This document shows, one piece after another, positions 10,560-22,096 of a DNA stretch of 64,000 nt. The notes under the pieces are model-generated. The model was not told the origin of the DNA. It did not search any database and saw only the letters and a list, made by a program, of their open reading frames with translations. A program made the position numbers and the translations under genes. Every line of letters starts with the position of its first letter. Positions within the stretch are counted from its first letter, which is position 1. Source of the DNA: a virus; the IMG/VR virus record IMGVR_UViG_3300028844_004552, positions 1-64,000 of that record. The stretch is one strand, 5' to 3'.

Positions 10560-10946
10560 ATGGCAAATGGAAAATACATCAACATCAATTTCCCGTTCAA
10601 GGAGAGCGATAAAGGATTCTTTTTAGATTTAAACGACAACGATAAAGCAGCCATCAAAGCTGACCTTATGCATTTGATTTTAACTAGAAAGGGTGAGAGA
10701 TTATACCTACCAGATTTTGGTACCAATTTATTACAATATATATTTGAAGCAAACGACAGTGTTACTCAATCAGAGATAAAGACTGAAATTAGTGATACCG
10801 TAAAAAAATACTTACCTAACTTAGTAATTAATGAAGTAATAGTAGAACAAAGTGAAGCTAGTGAATATGCCGCTACTGTTAGAATTGATTATACCGTTAC
10901 AGATGATGCGTTCCAAGCAACTGATTTTGTATTAATAAACATTTAA
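10560..10946 (+). CDS. baseplate wedge subunit, gp25-like
   Basis: INFPF, LILTRKGERLYLPDFGTNL and YLP motifs of the GPW/gp25 family. Confidence 0.9.
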   Translation: MANGKYININFPFKESDKGFFLDLNDNDKAAIKADLMHLILTRKGERLYLPDFGTNLLQYIFEANDSVTQSEIKTEISDTVKKYLPNLVINEVIVEQSEASEYAATVRIDYTVTDDAFQATDFVLINI

Positions 10947-10951
10947 AAACT

Positions 10952-12790
10952 ATGGCAATTAAAAAAATAAATTATACATCTAGAAATTTTTCCGACGTTA
11001 GAGGGGAATTAATTGAATTTGTTAGACAATACTATCCAGAAATCTTCAATGATTTTAATGATGCTTCTGTAGGTATGATGCTTATAGAATTAAATGCGGC
11101 AGTCGCTGATATGCTTTCATTTAATACGGATAAAGCATTTCAAGAAACACAAATAGATTTTGCACAAGAACGAAAATCACTACTTTCACAAGCTAGAACA
11201 TTTGGGTTAAAGGTACCAGGTAAGCGACCATCAGTATCCATCGTCGATTATTCAGTAACAGTTCCAGTATTAGGTGATACTTGGGACGTATCATACGCAC
11301 CAGTGATTAGAGAAGGTAGTCAAGTATCTGGAGCGGGTAAGGTATTTGAAAATTCAGTTGATATTGATTTTTCAAATCCATTCAATTTAGGTGGAATACC
11401 AAATAGATTGATTATCCCAAACATAGATGAAAACGGTAATATATTAAATTATACTATTGTTAAAAGAGAGATGGTAACCAACGGTATAACAAAGGTGTTC
11501 AAGAGAACAATCTCAGCAAATGATTCTAAGCCATTCTTAGAGGTTATTCTTCCAGATAATGATGTAATGTCAGTTTCATCTGTAATTACCTTAGAAGGTG
11601 TTAATTACACCAAAATACCAACCTTAGACCAATTTTTAGATATCGATAACCAATGGTTTGAGATGGATGCATTAGCTGAGGATAAAATATATGTTGGTGA
11701 TACAAGTAAAATATCTGATAATTCTGGTGTAATACCAGGTAAGTTCATTTCAGTTGATAAGCGTTTCATAAGAGAATACACCGACCTAGGGTTTACAAAA
11801 CTAATCTTCGGTGGTGGGTCTCAAGACATATCAGCACTTTGTGATTTTGATGTAAATAAATCATTAATTAATAGAATTGGTGACTTCATCAATAATACAT
11901 CATTAGGTCTTACATTACCATCTAATTATACGATGTATGTTAGATATAGAGTAGGTGGTGGTTCAACATCTAATCTTGGTCCTAACACAATAAACACTGT
12001 AGGTGTTACAAATATGGTGGTTAATGGTGCAAGTCCAGCAATCAACAACTCAGTTACTACATCATTAAAGGTTAATAACCCAATACCAGCTTTAGGTGGT
12101 AAGGACCAACCTTCAATTGAAGAGTTAAGGAATTTAATTAAATATAATTTCTCAGCACAAAATAGATGTGTAACACTTAAGGATTATCAATCAAGAATTG
12201 CATTAATGCCAGGTGAATTTGGAGTTCCATTTAGAACAGGTGTCTTCGAGGAACAAAATAAAATAAAGGTATATACATTAGGGTTAGATAGTAGTGGTAA
12301 ATTAAGTAACACATCAACATCAGCACTTAGAGATAATATTGGGACATATCTTGCAGATTATAGAATGATTAATGATTATGTTGAAGTGGATAATGGTAGA
12401 GTTATAAATCTTAGTTTTGAAATTGACCTTTTTATTGAAAAACAATTCCCACAATCTCAAATAATGGCTGAGGTTATCAATCAAGTTAAAGATTATATGG
12501 ATATTAATAAATTTGATATGGGTGATGATATTTATCTTTCTGACCTTATGGAAATTATTAACAATGTTAATGGTGTAACCAATGTAATTGACATGAGAGT
12601 CTTTAATAAGGTTGGTGATGGTAAATATTCATTAAATGAGATAGCACAACCATATGTTAATTCTTTAACTGATGATACGACAAGACAAATTGACTTATTA
12701 GGTCAGTTTACTTTATTTGGTGAAACAACCTCTATGTTTGAGGTTAAATATCCAGATAAGGATATAATGGTTAGAGTTAAGACTATATAA
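10952..12790 (+). CDS. baseplate wedge subunit, gp6/baseplate J-like
   Basis: NYTSRNF, FNDASVG, YRVGGG, GGKDQ and QNRCVTLKDY; follows gp25. Confidence 0.85.
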   Translation: MAIKKINYTSRNFSDVRGELIEFVRQYYPEIFNDFNDASVGMMLIELNAAVADMLSFNTDKAFQETQIDFAQERKSLLSQARTFGLKVPGKRPSVSIVDYSVTVPVLGDTWDVSYAPVIREGSQVSGAGKVFENSVDIDFSNPFNLGGIPNRLIIPNIDENGNILNYTIVKREMVTNGITKVFKRTISANDSKPFLEVILPDNDVMSVSSVITLEGVNYTKIPTLDQFLDIDNQWFEMDALAEDKIYVGDTSKISDNSGVIPGKFISVDKRFIREYTDLGFTKLIFGGGSQDISALCDFDVNKSLINRIGDFINNTSLGLTLPSNYTMYVRYRVGGGSTSNLGPNTINTVGVTNMVVNGASPAINNSVTTSLKVNNPIPALGGKDQPSIEELRNLIKYNFSAQNRCVTLKDYQSRIALMPGEFGVPFRTGVFEEQNKIKVYTLGLDSSGKLSNTSTSALRDNIGTYLADYRMINDYVEVDNGRVINLSFEIDLFIEKQFPQSQIMAEVINQVKDYMDINKFDMGDDIYLSDLMEIINNVNGVTNVIDMRVFNKVGDGKYSLNEIAQPYVNSLTDDTTRQIDLLGQFTLFGETTSMFEVKYPDKDIMVRVKTI

Positions 12791-12853
12791 ACATTTCCTT
12801 TAATGGAAATATTTAGTATATTAATTGTTATAAGATAAATTAAAATTATTTAA

Positions 12854-13219
12854 ATGAGTTGTCAAAGTTGTAAAGAAAAAAGTAAAAATTTAAATTCACT
12901 AGTTAAGGGTGATGGGAGTGAAGACCCAATAACTAAAAATGTTGCATTCATTATATTCAATGTTCTAATTAGAATAATATTATTTGCAATATCATTATCA
13001 ACCACACCAGTTATTTTATTATTTATAGTGTGGATGTTATTTAAGACTATTATGCTTAATAAGGGTGATTTAAATATTATGCCATCACTAGTAATGGTTG
13101 GTAAACAAATGGGTATTGGTAAAAGGAAATCAAAGAAATCAAAGGATTCTGAGGATATTGACACATCTAAACCAGAAAACTATGAATTTGATGAAAGAGT
13201 AGATAAAGTGAAACTATAA
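12854..13219 (+). CDS. small membrane protein with an N-terminal CxxC
   Basis: MSCQSC and a long hydrophobic segment. Confidence 0.6.
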   Translation: MSCQSCKEKSKNLNSLVKGDGSEDPITKNVAFIIFNVLIRIILFAISLSTTPVILLFIVWMLFKTIMLNKGDLNIMPSLVMVGKQMGIGKRKSKKSKDSEDIDTSKPENYEFDERVDKVKL

Positions 13220-16200
13220 ATGTCAAAATCAATTAGGATAAGAACAACACCAAATGGTAGTGATTCAAATATAAAAGTTAAAATCGAACAAGATTTTGAT
13301 TTCATTGAAATATTATCATTGAAAATTTCTCAAGCAGAGGCGTATAGTCGTTTCTGTTCGGATTATGGTGTGGTCGTTGGTAGAGTTATTATCAATGACG
13401 GTTTCGGTGTTCCTAATGCTAAGGTTTCGGTATTTGTTCCAATAGAAGAGGAAGATGAATTAGATAGTGAAATTGCTGGTCTATACCCATACAAAGTTTT
13501 AGGGGATAAAAATAGTGATGGGATTAGATATAACCTTTTACAGAAGGACCCAAAACCTAATGAGAATTGCTTCACACCAGCTGGTTCATTTCCATCTAAA
13601 AGAGAAGTGATTGACAATGATACGGTACTTGAAGTTTATGACAAGTATTATAAATACACCACCACAACCAACGAAGCTGGTGATTTCATGTTATTTGGTG
13701 TTCCAGTTGGTTCACATACACTTAATATGGATTGTGATTTATCAGACATTGGTATTGCATCACAAAGACCTTATGATTATATTTCACAAGGTGAGTCAAT
13801 AAAGAGGTTTGAGTCTACAACAAAATTTAAGTCCGATAAGGATTTAGATAAGATGATTCAAATCAAAAGTTATAGGAAAGGTATCAATGTACAACCATTT
13901 TGGGGTGATAAAGACCAATGTGATATTGGTATTACAAGAAGTGACTTTGATATCAAGAAAAAAATAATACCATCAGCAATATTTGTTGGGAGTTTATTCT
14001 CAGATTCTGAAAAGAATTCAATAAACAAAAACTGTAGACCTAGAAAAGATTTAGGTAGACTTTGTGAAACAAACGCATCAGAAGGTACCGTAGAGATGAT
14101 TAGGAAGACGTTAGACGGTACTATTGAACGTTTTGATGTTGAGGGTGGTCGAGTAATAGATGATTCGGGAGGATGGGCGTATCAAGTTCCTATGAACTTA
14201 GATTATATGGTAACCAATGAATTTGGTGAACTTGTACCATCGGATGACCCTAACAAGGGAATACCAACAAAGGCTAGAGTTAGATTTAGAATTGGTATGG
14301 ATGTAACTGGTGACGAGGGTAGACTTAGAACTAGTGCTAAATATTTAGTTCCACATAACCCACCAAATTCTTCTAATATAGATTACAACTTCAATGAGAA
14401 TACTAGTGATGAACACTTTAGAGATTTTCATTGGAATAAAATATATACAGTATCTAATTTTATACCTAGAGTTCAATCAACTTGTCCAGGCGGTAAGTGT
14501 GCTGACAATAGGAATATTACAGGTATAAAGGATGTTGATGATTGTAGTGGTGACAAGACACCATTCCCATATAATAGGGTTGATACAGATTTCAATCCAC
14601 TGTTTTTAATATTATGTATTATATTAAATATAATCATTTTCATAGTATGGATGATTAATGCAATTGTTATAAATCTTATAAATGTTGTCCTAATTATTAT
14701 CAATGCTGTATTATTGGTTATATGTGAAATTGTCTTTTTTATATCTAAAATTGTCTGTGCTTTAAAACACTTAACGGATGCGGATAAACGTGCTGAATGT
14801 AGAGAGAAGGGTTGTATGGGTGATTGTGATGATGAAGAATGTAAGGATTGTGAATGTAAGAATATTCTTAGTTATGTACCATGTATTGTAATGGAATGTG
14901 ATGATAAGAATTGGGCACCAGGCTGCAAGTGTGATTACATTGAACCATCATCTATAGTAGTTGGTTCGAATGATTATGGTAATACAGATACAGGTGCTAT
15001 TGGTTGTTGGGCTTCAATGACCAACGCTGAAAATCCTAAGAATCCAATCACTCACTGGAGTGGTGTTAATTATAATTCAGATAATTGTAGTCACCCAGGT
15101 CATGATAGACTTGATGCTGGGCTATCAGATTGTTACGCAATACAATTAGCAGAAGCATTAAATATGTTTGAATTGGACTTTTATAATGATTGGATTAATG
15201 GTACATTATATGCGTATTTATTAAAATACAAGAAGAAAAAGAATGGTAAGCAAAAATTCTGTGATTCTGATTGTGACACATCAGATTCGGATAATAATTG
15301 CGATAAGAGTTGGTTTGTTGACACTTGTACTAGTGAAGGTAGTGATAGGATTGATACCAAGAAAATAATTAAAAAGCAAATTAATGAAGGTCTTATAAAA
15401 CAAGTAACAACGACTAGACCAGACGGAAAGGAAGATGAGGTATTGTATTATGCACCTTATACTAAACACCACGATTTTAAAATGTTTGCAACAGAACTTG
15501 TACATTTAGGTTCTATATTTGATTGTGATTGGCAAGGAATTCCTAAGATACAATCCTACTTATTACCAACATCATATATTAGACCACCTTACACTGCTGA
15601 ATATTTAAATGATGGGACAACAAAGGTCACATGTGGAATGACATCAACTGGTACTCAAGGTAGTGGTGGATTATTTTTTGATATTGATTGTATTGGACTT
15701 AAGGTTGGTGGTAGATGTAAAAACTTTAAGAGAATTTGTGAAATTGGTGTTGAATTACCATCAGATAATTGTTGGGTATTAAATGAATCCATTACAAATC
15801 CATATGGGTCTAAATTTAGAGATATATTCTATGCACTTAATAAGGATGATGGTGCAAATAAATTGAATTCATGGCCTGTTGGTGGAATACCAGTAGGTGG
15901 TTATGGTACTGCATTTGAAACAGCTAGTGGTGAAGGTTTTGCTTCTGATAGTTTAAATGCAGAATATGTTCAATTTAGAGGTAACTATATCTCTACTGAC
16001 ACTGATACAGCAAATGTAGACCAACCTGTGGAATCTTATTCACAATCTAAGAATTCATTTTATTTCTATTTTGGTACCGAGCCTGGTAAAAGTGGACTAG
16101 AAACTATGAACAATAGATTCTTCGCTGAATGTGCTGTTGTACAAAAGAATGACTTCGTAATTCAAGGTATAGTAACTGACTCTACATCATTTACTGGTTG

Positions 16201-17725
16201 TACTGGTGAAATAAATCTTACAATTGTTGGTGGTTCTGGTGATTATACATATGTATGGACAGGACCTAACGGTTACACATCAACAGAATCAACAGCAAAT
16301 AACGAAGATGGTGATATACAAGGACTTTGTGGTGGTATTTATACTGTTGTTGTTACTGATACTGATGGTGGTTCATCTACAACATCATTCACAGTTAACG
16401 CACCAACAGCATTCGCTTGTGATGTAACAGCAGTACCAGCAATTCAAGCTGGTGTTAATGGTAGTATTATTCTTAATATAGCTGGTGGTGTACCAAATTA
16501 TAGTTACAGTATTAATAACAACCCATCTATACTTATGACTGGTTCATATGAGAATATACCACTTCCAGAAGGGACATACAACGTAGAGGTTACTGACACT
16601 AACAATAATTCATGTACGGATACTGTAACAATTTCAGCAAGTACAGCAGCTTTAAATATTGCTGGTGCAACTACAGGTACTAACACCACATGTGGAAATG
16701 ATAACGGTACACTTACCGTGACGATTGATTTCCAAACATTAGGTGGTGCTGCACCATATTCATATTTGATTACTGGACCTAATGGTTTCTCATCATCATC
16801 ACTTAACTTAACTAATTTAGAGGGTGGAACGTATACAATTCAAGTTACTGATTCAAGCCCAACACCACAGGTAGTTACTGATACATGGGTTATAGCACCA
16901 TCTATAGGACCGACTATGAGTATTATTCCAGATTGGTTCTGTTGGTTAGCACCAAACACCACACCTACGATAACACCTAGTTTTAATGTAACAGCAAATG
17001 GTGGTTACACAATTGAATGGGTGGGTTATGATGCGCTTGGTGCTGAGGTATTAGGATACTCTGGGTCAACTACATTCCCAGCGGGTGTTACTAATCCTAT
17101 TATTACATCTTCAATGATAGGACCTTACGGAACTAACTTTAAATTGATTGATTCGTTTGGTTGTATTGTAAACGATTATTACGACCTAAGACCTGGTCAA
17201 GGACACGTTCCGACTAGTGCTATGGCTATTGAATACATACCAGAACAATATTGTTGGTTAGATGGCTCAACACCACAAATATACCCACAATTCCTAGTTA
17301 CTGTAGATGGTCCATTTACAATATCATGGGCGGGTGGTTCAGAATCATTTGCAGCTGTAGGGGTTCCGACTATAATTACACTTAGTACTTTAGTTTCAGT
17401 TGGTAACATTAATTTTACACTTACTGAAACAAATAATGGTTGTACAAACTTAAGTGGTGTGATAGATTTAACTGCTGGTGGTTCTAATGTACCGTCAAGT
17501 GCACTTAGTGGTATCGCAACTCAACCTAATCAAACAACAATCACAGTTACACCTACTGGTGGTTGGGGTGGATATACTTATAAATGGTTTAAGAATGGTG
17601 TTGATATGGGTATTACTACTCAGTCACATACTATCAATGCATTTTCAAATGGTGAAGATTGGCAATGTAAAATAACGGATTCAAATGGATGCTTTACGTA
17701 TTCTAATATAGTAACGACAACATAA
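13220..17725 (+). CDS. large virion/baseplate-associated protein with a hydrophobic segment, Cys-rich region and SprB-like/Ig-like repeats
   Basis: 1501 aa; repeats such as CxGxIxLxIxGGxGxYTYxWTGPNG; C-terminal YKWFKNG..WQCKITD. Confidence 0.7.
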   Translation: MSKSIRIRTTPNGSDSNIKVKIEQDFDFIEILSLKISQAEAYSRFCSDYGVVVGRVIINDGFGVPNAKVSVFVPIEEEDELDSEIAGLYPYKVLGDKNSDGIRYNLLQKDPKPNENCFTPAGSFPSKREVIDNDTVLEVYDKYYKYTTTTNEAGDFMLFGVPVGSHTLNMDCDLSDIGIASQRPYDYISQGESIKRFESTTKFKSDKDLDKMIQIKSYRKGINVQPFWGDKDQCDIGITRSDFDIKKKIIPSAIFVGSLFSDSEKNSINKNCRPRKDLGRLCETNASEGTVEMIRKTLDGTIERFDVEGGRVIDDSGGWAYQVPMNLDYMVTNEFGELVPSDDPNKGIPTKARVRFRIGMDVTGDEGRLRTSAKYLVPHNPPNSSNIDYNFNENTSDEHFRDFHWNKIYTVSNFIPRVQSTCPGGKCADNRNITGIKDVDDCSGDKTPFPYNRVDTDFNPLFLILCIILNIIIFIVWMINAIVINLINVVLIIINAVLLVICEIVFFISKIVCALKHLTDADKRAECREKGCMGDCDDEECKDCECKNILSYVPCIVMECDDKNWAPGCKCDYIEPSSIVVGSNDYGNTDTGAIGCWASMTNAENPKNPITHWSGVNYNSDNCSHPGHDRLDAGLSDCYAIQLAEALNMFELDFYNDWINGTLYAYLLKYKKKKNGKQKFCDSDCDTSDSDNNCDKSWFVDTCTSEGSDRIDTKKIIKKQINEGLIKQVTTTRPDGKEDEVLYYAPYTKHHDFKMFATELVHLGSIFDCDWQGIPKIQSYLLPTSYIRPPYTAEYLNDGTTKVTCGMTSTGTQGSGGLFFDIDCIGLKVGGRCKNFKRICEIGVELPSDNCWVLNESITNPYGSKFRDIFYALNKDDGANKLNSWPVGGIPVGGYGTAFETASGEGFASDSLNAEYVQFRGNYISTDTDTANVDQPVESYSQSKNSFYFYFGTEPGKSGLETMNNRFFAECAVVQKNDFVIQGIVTDSTSFTGCTGEINLTIVGGSGDYTYVWTGPNGYTSTESTANNEDGDIQGLCGGIYTVVVTDTDGGSSTTSFTVNAPTAFACDVTAVPAIQAGVNGSIILNIAGGVPNYSYSINNNPSILMTGSYENIPLPEGTYNVEVTDTNNNSCTDTVTISASTAALNIAGATTGTNTTCGNDNGTLTVTIDFQTLGGAAPYSYLITGPNGFSSSSLNLTNLEGGTYTIQVTDSSPTPQVVTDTWVIAPSIGPTMSIIPDWFCWLAPNTTPTITPSFNVTANGGYTIEWVGYDALGAEVLGYSGSTTFPAGVTNPIITSSMIGPYGTNFKLIDSFGCIVNDYYDLRPGQGHVPTSAMAIEYIPEQYCWLDGSTPQIYPQFLVTVDGPFTISWAGGSESFAAVGVPTIITLSTLVSVGNINFTLTETNNGCTNLSGVIDLTAGGSNVPSSALSGIATQPNQTTITVTPTGGWGGYTYKWFKNGVDMGITTQSHTINAFSNGEDWQCKITDSNGCFTYSNIVTTT

Positions 17726-19437
17726 TGGACGATAGAATTAAACATAGATTGGGTATTGAGAGCTCTCAGAAGGCATCAAATGTTGATGGTTATGTTAACC
17801 TTGATGTAACAAACAATGAAGCTATGTTACCTGTTGGTGATATGAATAGAATTGTTGATGCTTACAAACGATTTGATAAGGAAAGACAAGAATCACCATT
17901 TTATAGATTAGTTGGTACAATTAGACCACTTATGAGCAATGTATTATTCAACATCTCTGGTGTTGATAGTTGGTCAAGTTTTAATGATAATATATTTAGA
18001 GACCAATCATACCCACCAAATTTATCAATCAATGAAGATGAAGATATAACATATGCTGAATCTGTCACTAAACACTTGAAAGAAGTGGATGGTTGGTTTG
18101 GTTATTATAACCCAGATATCTTCGGTGTAAATGTTTGTGCGTTTACAGATATGGAACCTAAGAGAAGAAGATTCTCATTTAAGAAAGATAGATTTAACAA
18201 TGATATTAAGAATTGGGAAGTAACAGTTACATATCCTAGTGCTAGTGCCGACACTCAATTAACAACTGGTGGTCTTATGGTATTTGATAAAGTTTCAGTA
18301 AGCGTCTCAACTCGTGAGATGACTGCATTAGGTATTCCAGTACTTCATAATATACAAACTGGTGAAATGGTTAGAGTAACGGGTACTAATTTCGATGGTG
18401 ATTATGTGGTTCAAAGGGTTGGTATGGATAATGGTGACCTTATGGGTTATTACTTTGTTATCGACGTAGACCCAAGTATTGCAGTAATTGGACCTAATAG
18501 TAGATTCAAGAAAGTTGTTGGTGGACAAGAAAGTGTATATTACTTTAGAGTATTTGAAAAAGTTAAAACAAGAGTAGAGCCTGTTATCGAAGATGATGAT
18601 TATGAGATTTACCCTCTTAATTTTGCTAATAATGTGTATAATGATGGTGTTTGTCAATTAGTTTTCAATGAGGACATTGATGTTAGTGATTTAACTGATA
18701 ACCTAGGTAGACCATTGTCGGAATTATTTCTTACAATTATAAAAACCGAAGGAAATGATGTTAATGGGTCGTTTAATGGATTTACAGACATCAAGTCTGG
18801 AATTGAGATACCTTACATGCCAGAGATTCAAGCGACGAATGCAGAGCCTTATAAGGTAAATATACCAGACATAAGAAGAATACATGATGGTGGTGTAGTT
18901 CCTACAATGGGTCACACACCACTAGAAAATAACATATTAATCAGCACCAATGGTTTATTTGGTGATGTTGTTGAATATAATAAACATAAAGCAAAAGAAA
19001 CTATACTTGCCGATGTTCACCATAGATTTAATACAGCCAATCGAACTGGTCTTGGTAATGTTGCAAATGGTCCTAGACAAGAGGGTTATTACTACAAAGC
19101 ACACTACCCTATAACAATAAGAAATTTTTCACCATATATTGAACAAGGTGACATAAACACTGTTGGTATTCCAGATTATGCTGAGGACTTAGGTGATGGT
19201 AGATGGCTTTGGAGGGATTTATTAGATATAGGTTTCAATGCTGGTCAAGAAAACCCAGTTAAATATCCATTTTTAAATGGTGCTCATTATATTCACCAGA
19301 ATTATTGTGTTACACTAAAAAGGCAAGATTCATTTGGTATGTTTGGTTTATACTATTCAGCACCAATAAATTCTGACCCAGCTGGTGATTCAATGGATGA
19401 TAAGTTTACAACTAATAACGGTGAAGATGTCTGCTAA
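17725..19437 (+). CDS. putative virion structural protein
   Basis: 570-aa ORF coupled by a TAATG overlap within the structural operon. Confidence 0.65.
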   Translation: MDDRIKHRLGIESSQKASNVDGYVNLDVTNNEAMLPVGDMNRIVDAYKRFDKERQESPFYRLVGTIRPLMSNVLFNISGVDSWSSFNDNIFRDQSYPPNLSINEDEDITYAESVTKHLKEVDGWFGYYNPDIFGVNVCAFTDMEPKRRRFSFKKDRFNNDIKNWEVTVTYPSASADTQLTTGGLMVFDKVSVSVSTREMTALGIPVLHNIQTGEMVRVTGTNFDGDYVVQRVGMDNGDLMGYYFVIDVDPSIAVIGPNSRFKKVVGGQESVYYFRVFEKVKTRVEPVIEDDDYEIYPLNFANNVYNDGVCQLVFNEDIDVSDLTDNLGRPLSELFLTIIKTEGNDVNGSFNGFTDIKSGIEIPYMPEIQATNAEPYKVNIPDIRRIHDGGVVPTMGHTPLENNILISTNGLFGDVVEYNKHKAKETILADVHHRFNTANRTGLGNVANGPRQEGYYYKAHYPITIRNFSPYIEQGDINTVGIPDYAEDLGDGRWLWRDLLDIGFNAGQENPVKYPFLNGAHYIHQNYCVTLKRQDSFGMFGLYYSAPINSDPAGDSMDDKFTTNNGEDVC

Positions 19438-20278
19438 ATATCAAATTAAAATATCAAACCTAACAGGTGTTACTGATACATTTATCAATATTCCAATTGA
19501 GATGACTCCAAATATGGTGGACCAAGCTGAATTAGTTAATAAGAAATTCGTTGATGTTGAGGTTGAAAATAGTATAAACCCAATCTTAGATTATGAGAAG
19601 GCTAGATTCACTCCAATATATTTTGACGATAATCAACAAATAGATATTAACAACATTATTTACGATGTTAGATTCTTAAGTGCATCAACATTTCCGACTA
19701 GTGCTAGTTTTTATAGTGATATTGATATTACTAATGATGATATTAAATTTGGTAAGAAGAGATTTGAAAATTCATTTCTTAATCTTTCGTTTTATGATAC
19801 TGATAGAGCTACAGACCAAAGATTATTATCATTCATTAATATTTTCCCAAGATTAACATCGGCTAATATTCAAGATGCTACTGACCCAACGCCAGGTTTA
19901 CCAAAACCAGCCAATGAAATTCCAGTAACATTTACATTATCAAATCCTATAAAAAACCCAGAAGGATTTGCTGAGGGTTATTATATTTATAATTACAAAG
20001 ATGAGGTTACCAGTGAATTACCTAAGGAAATATTTATGAGAGCTAGATTCAACAATGCGGCAAATGGTAAAACACTTAACCTTATGACTGAGGGTGTTGC
20101 CTATGGTATTGAAGAATTGGTAAATAAACTATATACTAAGTATATATTACATAGAAATAGTACTGGTTATTTTTACGCAATAGATGAGACTTATAATACT
20201 AACGCTGGACTCAATAACGTAACATTAACCAATGGTGGTGATTACATTATTACTCTTTATCAAATACAAGCATTATAA
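19427..20278 (+). CDS. putative virion structural protein
   Basis: ORF 19385..20278; the ATG at 19427 (MSAKYQIK) overlapping the upstream stop is the likelier start. Confidence 0.65.
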   Translation: MSAKYQIKISNLTGVTDTFINIPIEMTPNMVDQAELVNKKFVDVEVENSINPILDYEKARFTPIYFDDNQQIDINNIIYDVRFLSASTFPTSASFYSDIDITNDDIKFGKKRFENSFLNLSFYDTDRATDQRLLSFINIFPRLTSANIQDATDPTPGLPKPANEIPVTFTLSNPIKNPEGFAEGYYIYNYKDEVTSELPKEIFMRARFNNAANGKTLNLMTEGVAYGIEELVNKLYTKYILHRNSTGYFYAIDETYNTNAGLNNVTLTNGGDYIITLYQIQAL

Positions 20279-21156
20279 TGGGACTTATTAGAAGAAAAAT
20301 ATTACTTGAAGATGCAATTTATAGAGGTGAAGGGCAATTAGGTGTGGAATATGGTCAAATGACCGCAGATACCTTCTATGTCAACATAATACTTACTCAG
20401 AATATTGACGATATGGGGATGATGACCAACCTTGAATTCATCTCTGGTAGTACAGACCCAGCATCACAACCAGATTATACTATACTTGAAAATAAATTAA
20501 TAGCATCTGGTATAACATTTCCTTTTATGTTAGGAACTCAACCCCCAACACCATTAACTACTCCAGACACCACTAACATAAGGGTTGTCGGTAAGGAGTT
20601 AGAGGATTATTGGGCTTATGCTAGTAGAATAACTGGGTCAACAGATTCTAAGAAAGTTAATGTTAAGGGATATGATAATACGAATAAATATATCACCAAT
20701 TTTGATATTGAAAAAAATATTTATGAAAATTATTTAGGTGATACTATTAGTGGGAAAACTAGGATAACAGACCAAATTATTTCAGCAACAACCTACGTGT
20801 TTGATGCTAATGATGATTCAAATATAGGTACGGTAAATCAATCTACTGGGTTGTTATATACTGATTACACTGGGTTAACTAGATTTCTTACAAGTGAGTT
20901 CCTTCCAAGTCAAATTCCACTAACAAACTTTCAATATGAGGGTGAGGGATGGAACCGAACTAATACATCACTTTCAGCATTAACTAAGGAAGAATACTTA
21001 TTTGGTATAACACAACCACCAGAAGTATTTAGCGATGTATTTATTGATAGGGGTGCAACAACAGTATTAGAAAGTCATTTAAGATTATCAGAAATTGAGA
21101 GTCTTGAACACTTAGAAAGATATAATAATGGTTTTTATAATATAGTAGACCAATAA
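20278..21156 (+). CDS. putative virion structural protein
   Basis: 292 aa; C-terminal PEVFSDVFIDRG..HLRLSEI; TAATG overlap. Confidence 0.65.
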   Translation: MGLIRRKILLEDAIYRGEGQLGVEYGQMTADTFYVNIILTQNIDDMGMMTNLEFISGSTDPASQPDYTILENKLIASGITFPFMLGTQPPTPLTTPDTTNIRVVGKELEDYWAYASRITGSTDSKKVNVKGYDNTNKYITNFDIEKNIYENYLGDTISGKTRITDQIISATTYVFDANDDSNIGTVNQSTGLLYTDYTGLTRFLTSEFLPSQIPLTNFQYEGEGWNRTNTSLSALTKEEYLFGITQPPEVFSDVFIDRGATTVLESHLRLSEIESLEHLERYNNGFYNIVDQ

Positions 21157-21171
21157 AAAAATAAATTTAAA

Positions 21172-22092
21172 ATGGCAACAGGAACATACGGGGTCGTAAG
21201 ACCAGCAGACATAACACCAGACGATGTGGATATCTTTATCCACTACACACCTAATAGAAATACTGGAAACTCAACCATTATTAAGGTTGATAATCCAGCT
21301 GAATATTTAATTCCAATAGATGACCCATCTAAAGGTGAATCTGGAATAACTAGTTTTCAGTTATTTAGTGGATTATATACACTAAAATTACCAGTTGCTG
21401 ATTTTGGTGTTAAAGGATTTTATACTATAATGATTAAACCAGTTGAGATTAGAACAACTATCGTTGATTGTGGTGTATTATCAGCTTATCCAGATATTAA
21501 AGGTCTTGTATTTGACTTATCAGATATTGACTCTAGATTTATCTCTAGATTTGATAACGGTGGTCTTAGTGGTTATAGAATTGAGTACCTTGACAATACT
21601 AATAAAACTGATACTAAATTACATAACTTTTTTAGAATAATAACTAGTAATAATAAGGCTGAACCAGTTAATCAAAACTTAACTAATTCAAGTCAAAAAG
21701 CGATTCGTTATAGATTTAATGACAATTCAACATTAACCTTCTGTACAGTTACACCTAGTTCAGCTAGTAATGTTAAACCTAATGTGTTACCAAATATAGG
21801 AAACCCAAATCAAAAGGTAATCATTACAAACACATTTTTTAATCCAATTATGCTTGAAATAGAGATGGTAGACCACGATATTGAAACACTTGCAATTGGT
21901 TTATTCGGAAATCAGTCAAAATCTCTGGAAGACGGTATTTATACTATATATAACTTTAGAAATGAAATTTATAAGCAATATAACCTTTATGAAATCAAAG
22001 ACCAATTTACTGGTGAACCATTATTTGAGGTTAGAGAAGAGAAAGATAATGTTGATTTTACAAAGTCATTCAATGAGATAACAAACTTTTAA
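21172..22092 (+). CDS. putative baseplate structural protein
   Basis: 306-aa ORF in the structural operon. Confidence 0.65.
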   Translation: MATGTYGVVRPADITPDDVDIFIHYTPNRNTGNSTIIKVDNPAEYLIPIDDPSKGESGITSFQLFSGLYTLKLPVADFGVKGFYTIMIKPVEIRTTIVDCGVLSAYPDIKGLVFDLSDIDSRFISRFDNGGLSGYRIEYLDNTNKTDTKLHNFFRIITSNNKAEPVNQNLTNSSQKAIRYRFNDNSTLTFCTVTPSSASNVKPNVLPNIGNPNQKVIITNTFFNPIMLEIEMVDHDIETLAIGLFGNQSKSLEDGIYTIYNFRNEIYKQYNLYEIKDQFTGEPLFEVREEKDNVDFTKSFNEITNF

Positions 22093-22096
22093 TTAA

